Positions 39,563-52,824 of a stretch of DNA of 64,000 bases are shown here, piece after piece (within the stretch, counting starts at the first letter, position 1; every line of letters starts with the position of its first letter). The stretch is from assembly GCA_951406725.2 (NCBI GenBank), contig OX597827.1:77934001-77998000 (forward strand), in the 5' to 3' direction. Made by a program: the position numbers and the translations under genes. The stretch is from Octopus vulgaris (Eukaryota). Under the pieces are notes generated by a model. It was given only the letters and a program-made list of their open reading frames with translations. It ran no database searches and had not been told where the DNA came from.

Positions 39563-39872
39563 CAGTGGTCCTCACTCAGGGTTCATACAACCCCTTGGTA
39601 GTGGGGGTGGGGGTGCAAGTAAAATACTAAATTGGGGTCCCACAGGATTATATTAAGGGTCAATGAGAAAAGTTTGCTTTGGATGTATTTATTGCAAGAA
39701 ACGGGTTTCTTTCCCAAACATTTTATAAAGTTCAACCTGTGCGAGTGAATGTGTGAATTTTGGAAGAAGTCTCTACAAAATGAGTTTTTAAACATTGAAT
39801 GACTATAGGGATCCATCAGAATAGAACAGGAATCAAAGGGGTCCGTAGATAAAAAATGGTTGAGAACCCCTG
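39563..39872. mobile_element. hAT-type MITE
   Basis: CAGTGGTCCTCA...TGAGAACCCCTG termini; 8-bp TSD CTCTACTG/CTCTTCTG with one mismatch. Confidence 0.7.
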
Positions 39873-40654
39873 CTCTTCTGGGTTCAGTCGGTTGCTATTC
39901 TTGCCCATTTCATGTAATGTCGACTGTCTTCAGGTCATCTTGTGATGTCAGCTAATAAGGTAATCTTTGGCTTACCTCTTTTCTACTTGCCATCAGGTGG
40001 TACCCCCAAGTTGTGGCTGTTTTTTCAGTGTCGTTATCGGCTAGACAGAGAGAACGTGGCCAACCAGGCAGAATCAGAGTTTTAAGTCTATATATGTGTG
40101 TGTGTGTGTGTGTGTGTGAAGAAAGAGAGAGGCAAGACCAGTTGGTTCTGAAATGATCTACTGAATGTCAGAAAAGTGAGCAAATGGGAAGCTCCCTACA
40201 CAACACTGAGTGTTAAAAAACTCCTGAATTAATACACACACACATTATCATTCCCAAGCCATTTCTGTTGCTAGGATACTTGAAGATTTCTTTAACCAAT
40301 TTCCACCTTCCAACCCTCGGTTTTGGATTCCCTGAGCCCTGACCCATTCCCTATAGAATTCCTTATTTATATAACTTCCTCTGACTGGCTTCAGTAATTC
40401 TTGTTCATCCGAGTGGCATCCAGCTCCTCCCAGGATGAGGATGTTGTGGCTTTCATACAGTTCCTCTGCCTTTAATGGGTTTTGTTATTCTAATCCTACA
40501 GGCTGCACACACGTCTTCCTTACTGGGCAGGCCCACTAAGGGACCGATGGATTTACTGACCCCCTTCACTAGGGGCTGGAAATGCTTACAAATAACAGCT
40601 TACCATTTCCAACAGCCTCTAATGGAATATAAATATTATTATTATTATTATTAA

Positions 40655-40868
40655 GGCAGTGAGCTGGCAGAATTGTTAGCATGCTGGGCAAAATGCTTCA
40701 CAGTATTTCATCTGTCGTCGTGTTCTGAGTTCAAATTCCGCCAAGGTCAACTTTGCCTTTCATGCTTTCAGGGTTGATAAATTAAGTACCAGTTGAGTAC
40801 TGAAGTCAATGTAATCAACTAGTCCCCTCCCCCAAAATTTCAGTCCTTGTACCTTTAGTAGAAAGAAT
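40655..40868 (+). mobile_element. SINE family B flanked by (ATT)n
   Basis: GGCAGTGAGCTGGCAGAA head, GAGTTCAAATTCC B-box-like motif. Confidence 0.8.
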
Positions 40869-41470
40869 TATTATTATTATTATAATAATAAAAATCATGA
40901 GTCTTGTGGAGTACAGCTACCTGGGGTTTCCTGACTGAAATATTAATTTTGCCATTTATCAAAAACTTAATCTCCAGTGGCTGTGTAAATACCCAGAGCA
41001 AGACCTTTTTCTTTATGTATGCTTTTTAAAAGATACATCTTGGTAGAAGTTAAAGATAATCCACCAGACACATCATCAACCGATCCAATATTGGTTTATG
41101 TAATTTTGATATTCGTAAGACACTGGTTATATTTACTGTGAAGTTAATTATCTCCCCTGTTTTTCTTTGTCTTTTTTTAGAAATTAGCTTGCTCATTCGA
41201 ATGTCAATTGCATTGAACGCAGTTACCAATCCATCTTGTTTTTACCAGCTTGATAAATGGTGAAATGAATTAATATTTCAGCATATATATATGTGTGTGT
41301 GTGTGTATATATATACACACACATCATTATATAAGATAGCTTGATTCAGTTCCATGTGACTTAAAGTTTTACGGGCTTCTGATAGAAACTCACTTCAATC
41401 AGGATTAGGTTATCAAATCTATGTGTATAAAACTTATGCATGTGTTCTCTATGTGTGAGTGTATATGCTG

Positions 41471-41810
41471 AGACCCCCTTCGGTCATGACTGACCATGGG
41501 ATTGCACCTAGAAAGTTCCCCTCTGAGGCACAAGTCCAGGCAAGGTTGTTTCATGGAAGACCAGCAGTCACCCATGCATACCAGCCTTCCCTCTCCACAC
41601 CATTGATGTTATCCAAGGGAAAGGCAAAGGGGCCCCTGATACATCTTGGCACCTGTGACATCGCAACTCATTTCTACAGCTGAGTTAACTGGAGCAACGT
41701 GTAATAAAGTGTTTTGCTCAAGAACACAACACGCAGCCTAGTCCAGGATTTGAACTCACAATCTCTCGATCGTAAGCTCAACCCTCTAACCACTGAGCCA
41801 TGCACCTTCA
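41471..41810 (-). mobile_element. SINE family D
   Basis: Reverse complement of 9340-9641. Confidence 0.75.
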
Positions 41811-42027
41811 ACTATATTTCTTCCAAGAATATCAAGGATAAAATGGAAATCAAGGGAGAGAAATACTGTTTGCTTATCTGTTTTTTTAATTTAATCTTTT
41901 TATAACTTTCTCAGGCACTCTCTTCCTCCCCTCTCTCTTTTTCTGTTTTTTTTTTCACCCCTCCCTTTTCCTTCAAGCTCTTGCAAGTTAATACCAATGA
42001 GAGATGTGAGACGACATGGAGGTTGTG

Positions 42028-42262
42028 CGGTGAACTGGCAGAATCGTTAGCACGCCGGGCGAAATGCTTTGTGGTATTTTGTCTGCCGCTACGTTCTGAG
42101 TTCAAATTCCGCCGAGGTCGACTTTGCCTTTCATCCTTTCGGGGGTCGATTAAATAAGTACCAGTTATGCACTGGGGTCGATATAATCGGCTTAATCTGT
42201 TTGTCTGTCCTTGTTTGTCCTCTCTGTGTTTATTTAGCCCCTTGTGGGTAGTAAAGAAATAG
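42028..42262 (+). mobile_element. SINE family B
   Basis: Well-preserved head and core. Confidence 0.8.
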
Positions 42263-43110
42263 GAGGTTGTGTGGGACAGCGAGCAAGGGAGGAGGCTGAT
42301 GAGGAAACTCGGAGGGAAACAAGACGAATGAAAGACAAGTCAGGTTGAGTGGGGGGTGGAGAAGAGGTGTGCGAGGAAGTCCGATAGTTTTGATGGTAAA
42401 GTCGGGGATAGGGAAATAATAATAATAATAAAAAAACACGGAGTATGAAATAAATAAATTCAGTTTAGGGTGAATCCATTATGTGACGTACTAAACAATA
42501 TGATGGCCAATCAATTAATATATATATATAAATGAAATATTGTACATATATTTTGATCAACTTTTAATCTTCTCATCAGTATATATAATCGTTTGTATAA
42601 ATCTTATTTCACTTCCTAACGCTTTATTTTTTTCACAATGGACAGCTTTTTTTTACTTTCTTTTATTTCTCTTTTTTTATATAATTTTTTTTTTTACAAT
42701 GAAGTATATTAAATATTCTCTTTCCATCCCATATATACTTATTATTATTATTATCATTATTATTATTATTATTATTATCATTGTTGTGCCGGCAATATTT
42801 CTGGGCAACAAACTCAAAACACCCACCCAAACCAATTGCCTTGTCAAAAATTTCAAAAAAAAAAAACAAGAAAAAGGAAAATAAATAAATAAAAAAAATA
42901 ATTTCTTGCTTTTTTTTTTGTTCCTTTATATTTTATTTATTTTATATTAATTCCCCTCTCTGCATGGTTTAACCCTTTAGCATTTGGGCCACACCTGGCC
43001 CGAATAGTCTCCCTGTTTTAAGTTAAAACTGACCAAGTTGAACCTTTCTCACACCCACTACACTGTCATTCTGAAAATATGGAAACACACCATTGGAATC
43101 TTGAAATCAC

Positions 43111-43406
43111 AAGATAATCCATGATTAATTCCAAAGATAATCCATGATTAATTCCAAAGATAATCCATGATTAATTCCAAAGATAATCCATAATTAATTC
43201 CAAAGATAATCCATGATTAATTCCAAAGATAATCCATGATTAATTCCAAAGATAATCCATAATTAATTCCAAAGATAATCCATGATTAATTCCAATGATA
43301 ATCCATGATTAATTCCAAAGATAATCCATGATTAATTCCAAAGACAATCCATGATTAATTCCAAAGATAATCCATGATTAATTCCAAAGATAATCCATGA
43401 TTAATT
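43111..43406. repeat. 23-bp tandem repeat (AAGATAATCCATGATTAATTCCA), about 13 copies, inside a piggyBac-type MITE
   Basis: Nearly identical units with no spacers. Confidence 0.95.
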
Positions 43407-43939
43407 ACAAACATTGTAACTAAATATTTGACAAAGAAATCTCAATGCTGAAGAGTAAGGTAAACCTCTCTTTGGTATAACAGTTGCTGATGATGATGAT
43501 GATGATGGTTAGTGCAGCAGACAAAATGCTTTACAGCATTTCTTCCAGGAATTTACATTCCGAGTTCAAATCTCACCAAAGACAACCTTTGCCCTTCATC
43601 CTTTCACTTGAGATTAGGAGTCAATAATTGACTTGCCCCTCCTCTCAAATTTCTGGCTTTGTGCTTAAAATAGAAATAATTATCATTGCTGATGTCATCA
43701 TTATCATCGTTATTGTTTAACATCTGTTATCTATGCTCGTTGGACAAGAGCTGGGATGAGTATGTCAGAGGGACAAGGACAGGATGCTGAATGTACTTTT
43801 GCCAAACAGGCAAGACACTGAGAAGACTTCAAATATATAAGAATCCATTTATTCCTACAAAATGACCATTTGACACACTGAATTGGTCATTAAACTATGT
43901 AGGTAGGAATTCTTTTTTTTTTTATTATTGTGTCTGTAC

Positions 43940-44246
43940 TAAAGATTGTTTGCCAACATAACATGGCAGTCCTGGTTTAGGACAAATATTGCTGTAATTT
44001 AGCCCCAGGAAACATTGTCTTCAGCTGGCTATACGACATGATCTTTGTCCTTATATTTTCGAACAAGGGAACTCAGCTCAAAGCAATATCTGTGTATCAC
44101 GATTTCCAGGTTATTTCCCTTCATCAGCACAGAATGATTGCTCAGCTAGAGGTGGCACTGCCAAATTCCCGTTCGAAATATATAGTTTTCAAAGTGACAA
44201 CTAGTCACTGATCTATAAATTCTGTTATGTTGGCAAACAATCTTTA
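43940..44246. mobile_element. Short element bounded by 24-bp perfect inverted repeats
   Basis: TAAAGATTGTTTGCCAACATAACA at 43940-43963 and its reverse complement at 44223-44246. Confidence 0.75.
44090..44132 (-). ncRNA. Minimal type I hammerhead motif inside the inverted-repeat element
   Basis: CTGTG CTGATGA AGG GAAATAA CCT G GAAA TCGTGA TA CACAG; 5-bp helix I. Confidence 0.6.
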
Positions 44247-44516
44247 CTCCAAAGTACTGTTGCTGAATATCTCATGTTGTGAGATTTAAAAATAGTAATT
44301 TTCTAATTATTGTGTCTGTTCAGCTTTATGTCCATTCAGCATTGTGTCTGTTCAGTTTCTTGTCCTTTGGCAAAAGTGCATTCTGCATCCTGTCTGTGCA
44401 CAAAGTCAGATGACTTGGATGAACAAGAAGCAGAGGCCATTATAGTCATGTAATAGAGGAGGTAGTGTGTTGGTGAGTGAGTCTTACTAATTATTTGGAT
44501 ATGTGTGTGTAACAGT

Positions 44517-44823
44517 TGTTTGTTTGTTCCTTCTCAAGCCATGCTTGGCTCATAAGGGTTGGTTTCCTGATTTCCTTGGTGTATAGGTTCCCCACCTGGA
44601 CGGGACGCCGGTCCATCGCAGGTGAGCTGCAAGATGCAGGAGGAAACAGTGAGAGAAAGTTGTGGCGAAAGAGTCAGCAGAAGTTCATCATTACCTTCTT
44701 TCGGAGCCTTGTGGAGCTTAGGTGTTTCACTCATCAACACACACATCGCCCGGTCTGAGATTTGAACCTGCGATCCCTTGACTGTGAGTCCACTGCTCTA
44801 ACCACTAGGCCATGTGCCTCCAC
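44517..44823 (-). mobile_element. SINE family C with 9-bp TSD
   Basis: Homologous to 4672-4970; TGTAACAGT at 44508-44516 and 44825-44833. Confidence 0.85.
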
Positions 44824-44923
44824 ATGTAACAGTAGCCCTGTTCTAGATGTCAGAACAGTGCTCGGTTGTAGGGGTGTATATACAGGGTGAGAGCCCCTTC
44901 TGGGTAGTAAAGAAATATATACA

Positions 44924-45796
44924 CAGGGTGTTCAGGTTAAATTTGACAGTTTTTATAAAAGGAAAAGAAAAAAAACTATATCTTATCCAAAAATATAAAA
45001 AAATTTTTTTAAGAAACCCCAAAATGCCAACTCGATGACAGTTAGGTGATAACAATTTACTCCGAAGCCACCCTCAGCTTCTACCATGGCCTCAGGATGT
45101 CTAAGGAACCGGGTGTATATGTTCTTTACTGTGCCCCTGGGAAGATCTTTGATCTTGGCCACCAGCTCAGCCTTGCTGTTGCAGGCAGAGCAGTTGGTGT
45201 CTTTCTCAATTGTGCCCCTCACCCAGGAACCCATAGGATTACAATCAGGGGAATTAGAAAGCCTGAAAGTCATAGAAATTCACAGACAATCAGTTCTGAC
45301 TCTTTCCAGAGGTATGGCAAGGAGCTGAATCCTTCTGCCACACATATGGCCTTCCAGCAGGAGCAGCAGCAGCCCTCCCTCTCCAGCCAGGGTTTCACCA
45401 CAATCTCCATCAGCTTCACTTTGCCTTTTGAAGTGAACCTAAAGCCCAATTCCAAGATGTGGGGGTTGCATGGCCGCACTCTCACTGGACCCCCACCCAA
45501 AGACCCTCACAGTCCAGTTCCCATAATGTCCATGCCATGTCTTACAGCCTCCACAGAGTATTGGGCAGCAGTCAGGATGCCAGCATTTTGACACCTGGTG
45601 CAAATCATCCTGATACAGGTAACCCTTTCCCAATATTCAGACGGCTTCCAACCTTCCGTGTCAGCTAACTTTTTCTCAGCTGCAACTTTAATCTTCATGC
45701 TCTCCAACACCATTGACAGTTTGTTCGTCAATACATCAAGCTGTTCTCGAAAAAAGGACACACAAAAAGATCGTTAAATTTGACCCGAACACCTTG
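44924..45796 (-). mobile_element. Decayed Tc1/mariner-superfamily DNA transposon
   Basis: TIRs CAGGGTGTTCAGGTTAAATTTGAC / GTTAAATTTGACCCGAACACCTTG|TA; transposase remnants WQKDSAPCHT and NSPDCNPM. Confidence 0.8.
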
Positions 45797-45939
45797 TATG
45801 TATACGTAATAGCTACAGTTCTGCCCCAGGTGGGGATGTGTGTATATTGGTGGGGTGTAAAGATGTGTGTATATGTAACAGTGTTGTCCCATTGTGGTTG
45901 GGAAGCAGGCTTCTTACCACACAGCCACACCTGTGCCTA

Positions 45940-46296
45940 TACACACACACACATACACACACATGCATATATTTATCCACACACACACACACATGCACAC
46001 ATGCATATATTTATACACACACACACACACGCACACATGCATATATTTATACACACACACAAATGCATATATTTATCCACACACACACACACACACACAC
46101 ATGCATATATTTATCCACACACACACACACATGCACATATTTATCCACACACACACACACACATGCATATATTTATCCACACACACACACTTGCAAATAT
46201 TTATCCACACACACACACATGCATATATTTATCCACACACACACACATGCACATATTTATCCACACACACACACACACACACATGCACATATTTAT

Positions 46297-46343
<47 letters not shown>

Positions 46344-46384
46344 CATATATTTATCCACACACACACACACATGCACATATTTAT

Positions 46385-46417
<33 letters not shown>

Positions 46418-46450
46418 CATATATTTATCCACACACATACACACACACAC
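45940..46450. repeat. Compound minisatellite (CA)n-TGCATATATTTATC
   Basis: Repeated fixed linker with variable CA runs. Confidence 0.9.
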
Positions 46451-47659
46451 AATATCAAATTCGTACTATGCGTCTCTGTTTGTAATTAATATTTTGGCTG
46501 TAAATACGTGATTCCTCCTTGAAAAATAATTTCTGTTGGCATTGACCACCCTTCTAACAGCTCCTGTGTAAATATTTGTTTTGTGAGAAGAATTTGTGCC
46601 TGTAACTTTGATGACAAAGGGAGATACTAAGGAGAAATATTTATAAAACTGTGTGACATTACTTTGTAAATATTCACAAAGGACGTTTATTTGTCAAGTG
46701 TGATTTGAAAGAGTTTATGTTTTGAGATTGAAGTTTAGAGAACAATGGTGCTGTTGGTTGCAGATTTTCAACAAAGCTGCCGTGGGTTCACATGGTTCTG
46801 ACTAACAATGATGTAAGAGGTCTGAAATCATTCCCATCGTTTAGCATCTGCCTTCCATGGTGGCAGGGGTGACACGGTTTGACTGGAATCGGTAAGCCGG
46901 AGAGCTGCAGCAAGTTCCAGTCTGATTTGGTTTGGTTTCTACAGTTGGATGCCTTTCCTAATGCCAACCACTCCAAGAGTGTAATGGGCACTTTTCACAT
47001 GTCACTGGCACAGGTGCATTTATGTGCCACCAGCACAGGTGCCAGTTCTGTGCCACCAGCATCAGCCATGACTATGATGAGTCTTCTCAAGCATGACATC
47101 TTGCCAAGGGTCTCAGTCTCTTGTTATCATCTCTGTGAGGCCCCACATTCAAAGGTCATGCTTCGCCACCTCGTCCCATGTCTTCCTGGGTCTACCTCTT
47201 CCACAGGTTCCCTCTTCAGTTAGAGATCAGCATTTCTTTACACAGCTCTCTTCCTCCATACGCATCAGCCATTCAAGAATTTGGACCTGGAGATCTCCAT
47301 TTCCAGCGACTTCGAGGGCCACCTCCCAGTGGTGTCAGGCATCAACGAAAAGCCCTTGACTACAACAAGACGACGAAAATTTTTTTTTTCCAAGGTCTGG
47401 GGTCTCCCACCCCTAAGCCCTAGACCATCACCTAATCACCCTTACCCGTCTTGTTGTTTAACAACAACAACAATCCATACTCATCACATGACCATACCAG
47501 TACATTCATCTCTGTTGCACACCACGTCCGATGCTTCTTCTGCCCAGTTTTTCTCTTAAGACACGCTCTGTTACTCAGGCACACTGACACTGCAAACCCA
47601 GCAAAGCATACTAACTTCATTTCTTTCAAGCTGTACCCCATTATGCTTTGTAGGTCAGT

Positions 47660-48010
47660 GATTTTCTGAATGAACATTTTCCCGAGAGATGGCTCAGGTA
47701 TCACGGGCCAATTGAATGGGCCCCACGGTCACCAGATTTAACTCCCATGGACATTTTGTCTTCTGGGACTACATTAAATCCCTCGTGTATTCTGAAAAGA
47801 TTCATAACCAAGGACATCTTCTTCAAAGAATTGCTGAAGCATGTCAATGAAAACTTATTTGAGAAGGTTCATCGCAATTTCAAATTCTGAATGAACACTT
47901 GGTTAGAGCTCCATGGCCAACACTTTGAACATTTGGAATGGATTACCTACTTCATTGCTAATAAAGTGTACTTGATATTTCCTAAGGCGTTTCACTTTGT
48001 GGCCACCCTG
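47660..48010 (+). mobile_element. mariner-like transposase 3' remnant with right end
   Basis: Translation FLNEHFPERW...WAPRSPDLTPMD; ends GGCCACCCTG|TA. Confidence 0.7.
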
Positions 48011-48174
48011 TATTATGATATTGAAGCAAAAAGAATGAACTTCATCACAGCAGTGACTCATGGGAAAGTCAGATGCATTTTGCTCTTCTTGGGGTTTGCC
48101 AATAACATGCACCCATTTTCATGTGCTGGAATGAAATTCAATTTTCTTTTACCATATGTAATAATTCTTTTAGT

Positions 48175-48556
48175 CTTTTATTTGTTTCAGTCATTTGACT
48201 GTGGCCATGTTGGAGTGTCGCCTTTAGTCGAACAAATTGACCCCAGGATTTATTCTTTGTAAGCCTAGTGCTTATTCTCTCAGTCTCTTTTGCTGGACCC
48301 CAAATGTTACAGGGTCATAAACACTCCAACAGGGGAAACAAACACAGGCACACAAACACACACACACACACACGCATATGTGTATATATATATATATATA
48401 CGCTTGGATTCTTTCAGTTTCCGTCTACCAAATCAACTCACAAGGCTTAGGTCGGCCCGAGACTATAGTAGAAGACACTTGCCCGAGGTGCCATGCAGTG
48501 TGACTGAACCCAGAACCATATGGTTGGTGAGCAAGCTACTTACCACACAGCCACTC
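48175..48556 (-). mobile_element. SINE family A
   Basis: Reverse complement of the family A consensus. Confidence 0.8.
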
Positions 48557-50159
48557 ATGTACCTGTAATTAATTGATAGTTAAACAGTAGTTTTGTTATT
48601 AATCACACATATTTATTGGAAATACACAAAATACACAAAAATTTTGTTTCATTTCACTTTATTTAGTTTTGGATTTATTTTTTCAATTTATATTAATTTA
48701 ATATCTTTATTTTTAACAATTAGCATTCATTTCATTATTTTCGAAATGCACCATAATATATACATTTGTATACACACAGTACTACAGACACAGTAATAGA
48801 CACACTGTAATCTGTGTAAAATAATAATGATTCTTCCTTAGTGACATTACCTAATACTATCCCTCATAACAAAGGATATTCCCCACATGACCACTATTCC
48901 AATATTCTAATATCCCAATATTCTGATATTCCAATATTCCGTGCATGAGCCAGCATATGATGGCAACACTCAGATAATTGATTTATTAACATGAAATCAT
49001 TAATGAAGCTCTGAACAAACAACAATAAGTCTAATAAGTCATCTTACGTTGCAGAATATATTTTATTTTCAAAAAAATGACTGACGATGTTTACCATAAA
49101 ATCACTCTTCATTTACTAACGACTAATTACTTAATGATTATTGTCCCACCCTTTCATTTGACACATTAAATCGGACAGATTTGTGTCAGCTCCCAGTTTT
49201 TTCCTTTGTTTCCGCGCATTTCCTTTTCATTTCCAAGTGGTCATTGACACAACACCATTCACAGCAAGAAACAAACCGTGAATCATGGCAGCTGTCTTAG
49301 ATAGCTTCATAGATTGGCATTGACGAGTGACTTGGTAACAGTTGTCAGTAACTGATGTCGGGGGAAGAAGTGGAGTTTGTGGCGGCGGCAGTGGCGATGG
49401 TGCTGGTAATGGTGTCACCCTGTATAGTAACCGATGGTCATCACCAACACCACTACCGCCACCATCGCTGTTACTGTGTATCTTCTCTCTTCTCCGTCCT
49501 TCACATTGTCTCCCTGTTTCTCATATCTCTCAACAATTTTCAAAAATCGAAATCGATCAAATATCAATGGAAATTGTAGTTGTAATACCTGTGCCAGGGG
49601 CACGTAAAATAAACATCCGAACGTGGCCGTTGCCAGCACCACTTCGACTGGCCTCCGTGCCCGTGGCACGTAAAAAGCACCAACCGATCATGGCCGTTGC
49701 CAGCCTCGCCTGGCACGTAAAAAGCACCCACTACACTCACAGAGTGGTTGGCGTTAGGAAGGGCATCCAGCCGTAGAAACACTGCCAGATCAGATTGGGG
49801 CCTGGTGCAGCCTTCTGGCTTCCCAGATCCTGGTCGAACCGTTCAACCCATGCTAGCATGGAAAAAGGATGTTAAACAATGATGATGATGATGATGTTGT
49901 TGTTCTCCACCTCTTCTCTTTTCATGTATTGCGATCCATCGCCTCCTCCTCCTCCCTGACCAACACCTATTGTACTTTACACCCCACCCATCGGCCACAC
50001 CTCCACCCTTATCCACTGTTCCCTACCTTCCTCTCCATCCCCATCTCTATCCATCTGTCACCCCCCCCACACACACACTCTCACAAACCTATCTACCCAG
50101 CCATCTTTTTTTGGGCCTCTGTCCCCATTCCCTCTTATATTCACCTTCTTTTATCTTGA

Positions 50160-51240
50160 AGGTAAGCCCTGGGGTATCTCATCTCTCTCTCCACTTTCCA
50201 GATGTTTTAAGCATTTCAGCAGTGATTCCTGATGGGCAGGGTGCTTTTCCTGGTTTCATACCCTTAACTGCTTTAACTACTCGGGAGCTGTCTATTTGGA
50301 TAGCTGGTCCCTCTACTGGGTCAATATTTGGCAGGCTCTCCTCCTCCCATTCATTCTCCACATTCAGCAGTCTCTCATAATAGCTTCTCCAAGCCTCTTT
50401 CTTTTCAGAATCATTGAAAACAAGTGCACCATCATCCATGCAGACACATTTCTCTCCTGTGACATCACAATTTTCTCTCACACACTGTCTTGCAATCCAA
50501 AATACCTCAGTTCTTTCGTCCTCACGTTACTGGACATTGGCAAACTTCTTCTTTTCTGCTTCACCTTTGGCTATGTATACCTGCCACCCAGCCTCCCTTT
50601 TGACTACCTGTTACAGTTCCCTGATACCCCCATCCCTCCAGGCTTTCCAGGCCTGTTTCTTTGCCCTAACGGCTTTGTCTACTGTACTATTCCACCACCA
50701 CATAACTCTAGGTCTGGAAGGGACTTTGCACCATCCACAGACTTGGTTTGTGGCACTCAGCAAGCTGTCCTGTAGGAATTTCCGGCTACCTTCTATGTCC
50801 GATGTCTGTAGCTCCTCCTCTCTCTCCTCAAATTTCTTGATGAGGATGTCCCTAAATCTTTGACCGTGTGAAGGGTTCTTTAGCTTCCAAATCCTTCTTT
50901 TGGGGATTGGTCTGCTTCTTGGTATCCTTTTGGCCTCGAGCCTAAAGTCACTAATGACTAGCCTATGCTGGGGATTACATTCTTCACCCGGGAGGGTCTT
51001 TGTATTTAAGAGCAACCCTGCATCCTGCTGTCTGGTGAGGATGAAATCAACCTGGCTAGCAGAGTCCCCTGATTGATAGGTTATAAGGTGGCTGGCAGGC
51101 TTCCTGAAGTTAGTGTTGCAGATTAAAAGGTTACATGCATCACAGAAATCCAGTAGCCTAGTTCCCTCCTCACTTTGGGTGCCAATACCATGGCCACCAT
51201 GCACCCCAGCGAAGATACCAGATTCCTGCCCAACAACATA
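50160..51240 (-). pseudogene. RTE-clade LINE fragment (AP endonuclease C-terminus and linker), disrupted
   Basis: GTRLLDFC...NTNFRK...ITYQSG...QVDFIL...QHRLVISDF; downstream KGMKPGKAPCPSGITAEMLK. Confidence 0.85.
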
Positions 51241-51296
51241 CCATATGAATTTTCCTATGCATGGAGACTTTTGAATCACCCTACTCTTACTCTTTT

Positions 51297-51502
51297 ACTC
51301 TTTTACTTGTTTCAGTCATTTGACTGCGGCCATGCTGGAGCACCGCCTTTAGTCGAGCAAATCGACCCTGGGACTTATTCTTTGTAAGCCCAGTACTTAT
51401 TCTATCGGTCTCTTTTGCTGAACCGCTAAGTGACGGGGACGTAAACACACCAGCATCGGTTGTCAAGCAATGCTAGGGGGACAAACACAGGCACACAAAC
51501 AT

Positions 51503-51545
<43 letters not shown>

Positions 51546-51710
51546 TATGACAGGCTTCTTACAGTTTCTGTCTACCAAATCCACTCACATGGCATTGGTC
51601 GGCCCGAGGCTAGAGCAGAAGACACTTGCCCACGATGCCACGCAGTGGGACTGAACCCGGAACCATGTGGCTGGTAAGCAAGCTACTTACCACACAGCCA
51701 CTCCTGCGCC
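51297..51710 (-). mobile_element. SINE family A, full length
   Basis: Reverse complement of the family A consensus. Confidence 0.9.
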
Positions 51711-51903
51711 TATATATATATATATATAATAAATATTAGGGAATAAATCCAAATTTACAGGGAAAAATCAGATTTAGGATTAAATCCAATTTTATAGTAA
51801 AATATTATATAATATTAATTAGAGACAAAACCACTATTTTGCAAAACAAACAAGGAAAGACTTAATCAATACATAAAATTTTAATAAAAAGTCAAAAAAA
51901 CCG

Positions 51904-51946
51904 CCACTACAATTGTTTCTTGTCCTGATCGACAATCTTCAGGTGG
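51904..51946 (-). ncRNA. Minimal type I hammerhead ribozyme, intact core
   Basis: CCAC CTGAAGA TTGTC GATCAG GACAA GAAA CAATTG TA GTGG; lies within an element of about 255 bp flanked by (TA)n on both sides. Confidence 0.75.
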
Positions 51947-51981
51947 ACTTCCAATTTACAAGTCAGTTTCAAATTATGAAG

Positions 51982-52045
<64 letters not shown>

Positions 52046-52321
52046 TCCATATGCACACACACACACAAACACACATACACATACCCAATACTTTATGATG
52101 ACTGTGCTTAAGTAAAAGTGATGTTTGGGGGTGGCTACTTAAACCCCCCCACACACACACAGAGGATCGTTTGTCACCTGAACAATGATGTAATGTAATC
52201 CACGTAACAGGTGTCTCCAATGTTTATTAAGTAATTAACAATAATTATATTTACAAATGCCTGTATCTGTGTATGTACACACATATGTGACCCCTGCTCT
52301 CCGTCTCTCCTCCTCAGTACG

Positions 52322-52380
<59 letters not shown>

Positions 52381-52691
52381 GCATGCATGCATGTATATAT
52401 ATATTTATATATATATGTATATATATATACATATGTGTGTGTCTATCTGTATATCTGTATGTATGTACACGTGTGTATAATCTGTGTAGATATCTATATC
52501 AAGATATTTATACATTTCTACATGCGTATATGGCTCACTCTCCTCTCCCTTCACCTCTCTTCTCTTTCTCTATGCATGCATCTGTGTGTGTGTGTGTGTG
52601 TATGCGTGTGTGTGAGTGTGTGTGTGAAACCTGAGAGCTTAAATATTGCAAACGGATCTTCTATTTGTTCACCGGAGTTTGTTGAAGGAAG

Positions 52692-52824
52692 ATGGTTATT
52701 GGTCAGCGCTGGTTATCCACATTGGAAACAGCCGGAAGGAGGGGACCCTACAGACCTGTGGTTGCCTTCTTTACATGGCTTTCACTCTTCGTTCATATAA
52801 TGGCCACTGGTCAAGTATATCACG
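52692..52824 (+). CDS. S1 serine protease exon 1 (signal peptide/anchor)
   Basis: AAGATGG start after an in-frame stop; MVIGQRWLSTLETAGRRGPYRPVVAFFTWLSLFVHIMATGQVYH; donor G|GTGAGT in phase 1, matching exon 2. Confidence 0.6.

Noticed and set aside
43111-43406. 23-bp repeat array as a CRISPR array
   Set aside because: Units are contiguous with no unique spacers, there are no cas genes, and the context is eukaryotic
45713-46511. His/Thr-rich ORFs of 205-258 aa
   Set aside because: Translation of a compound (CA)n minisatellite
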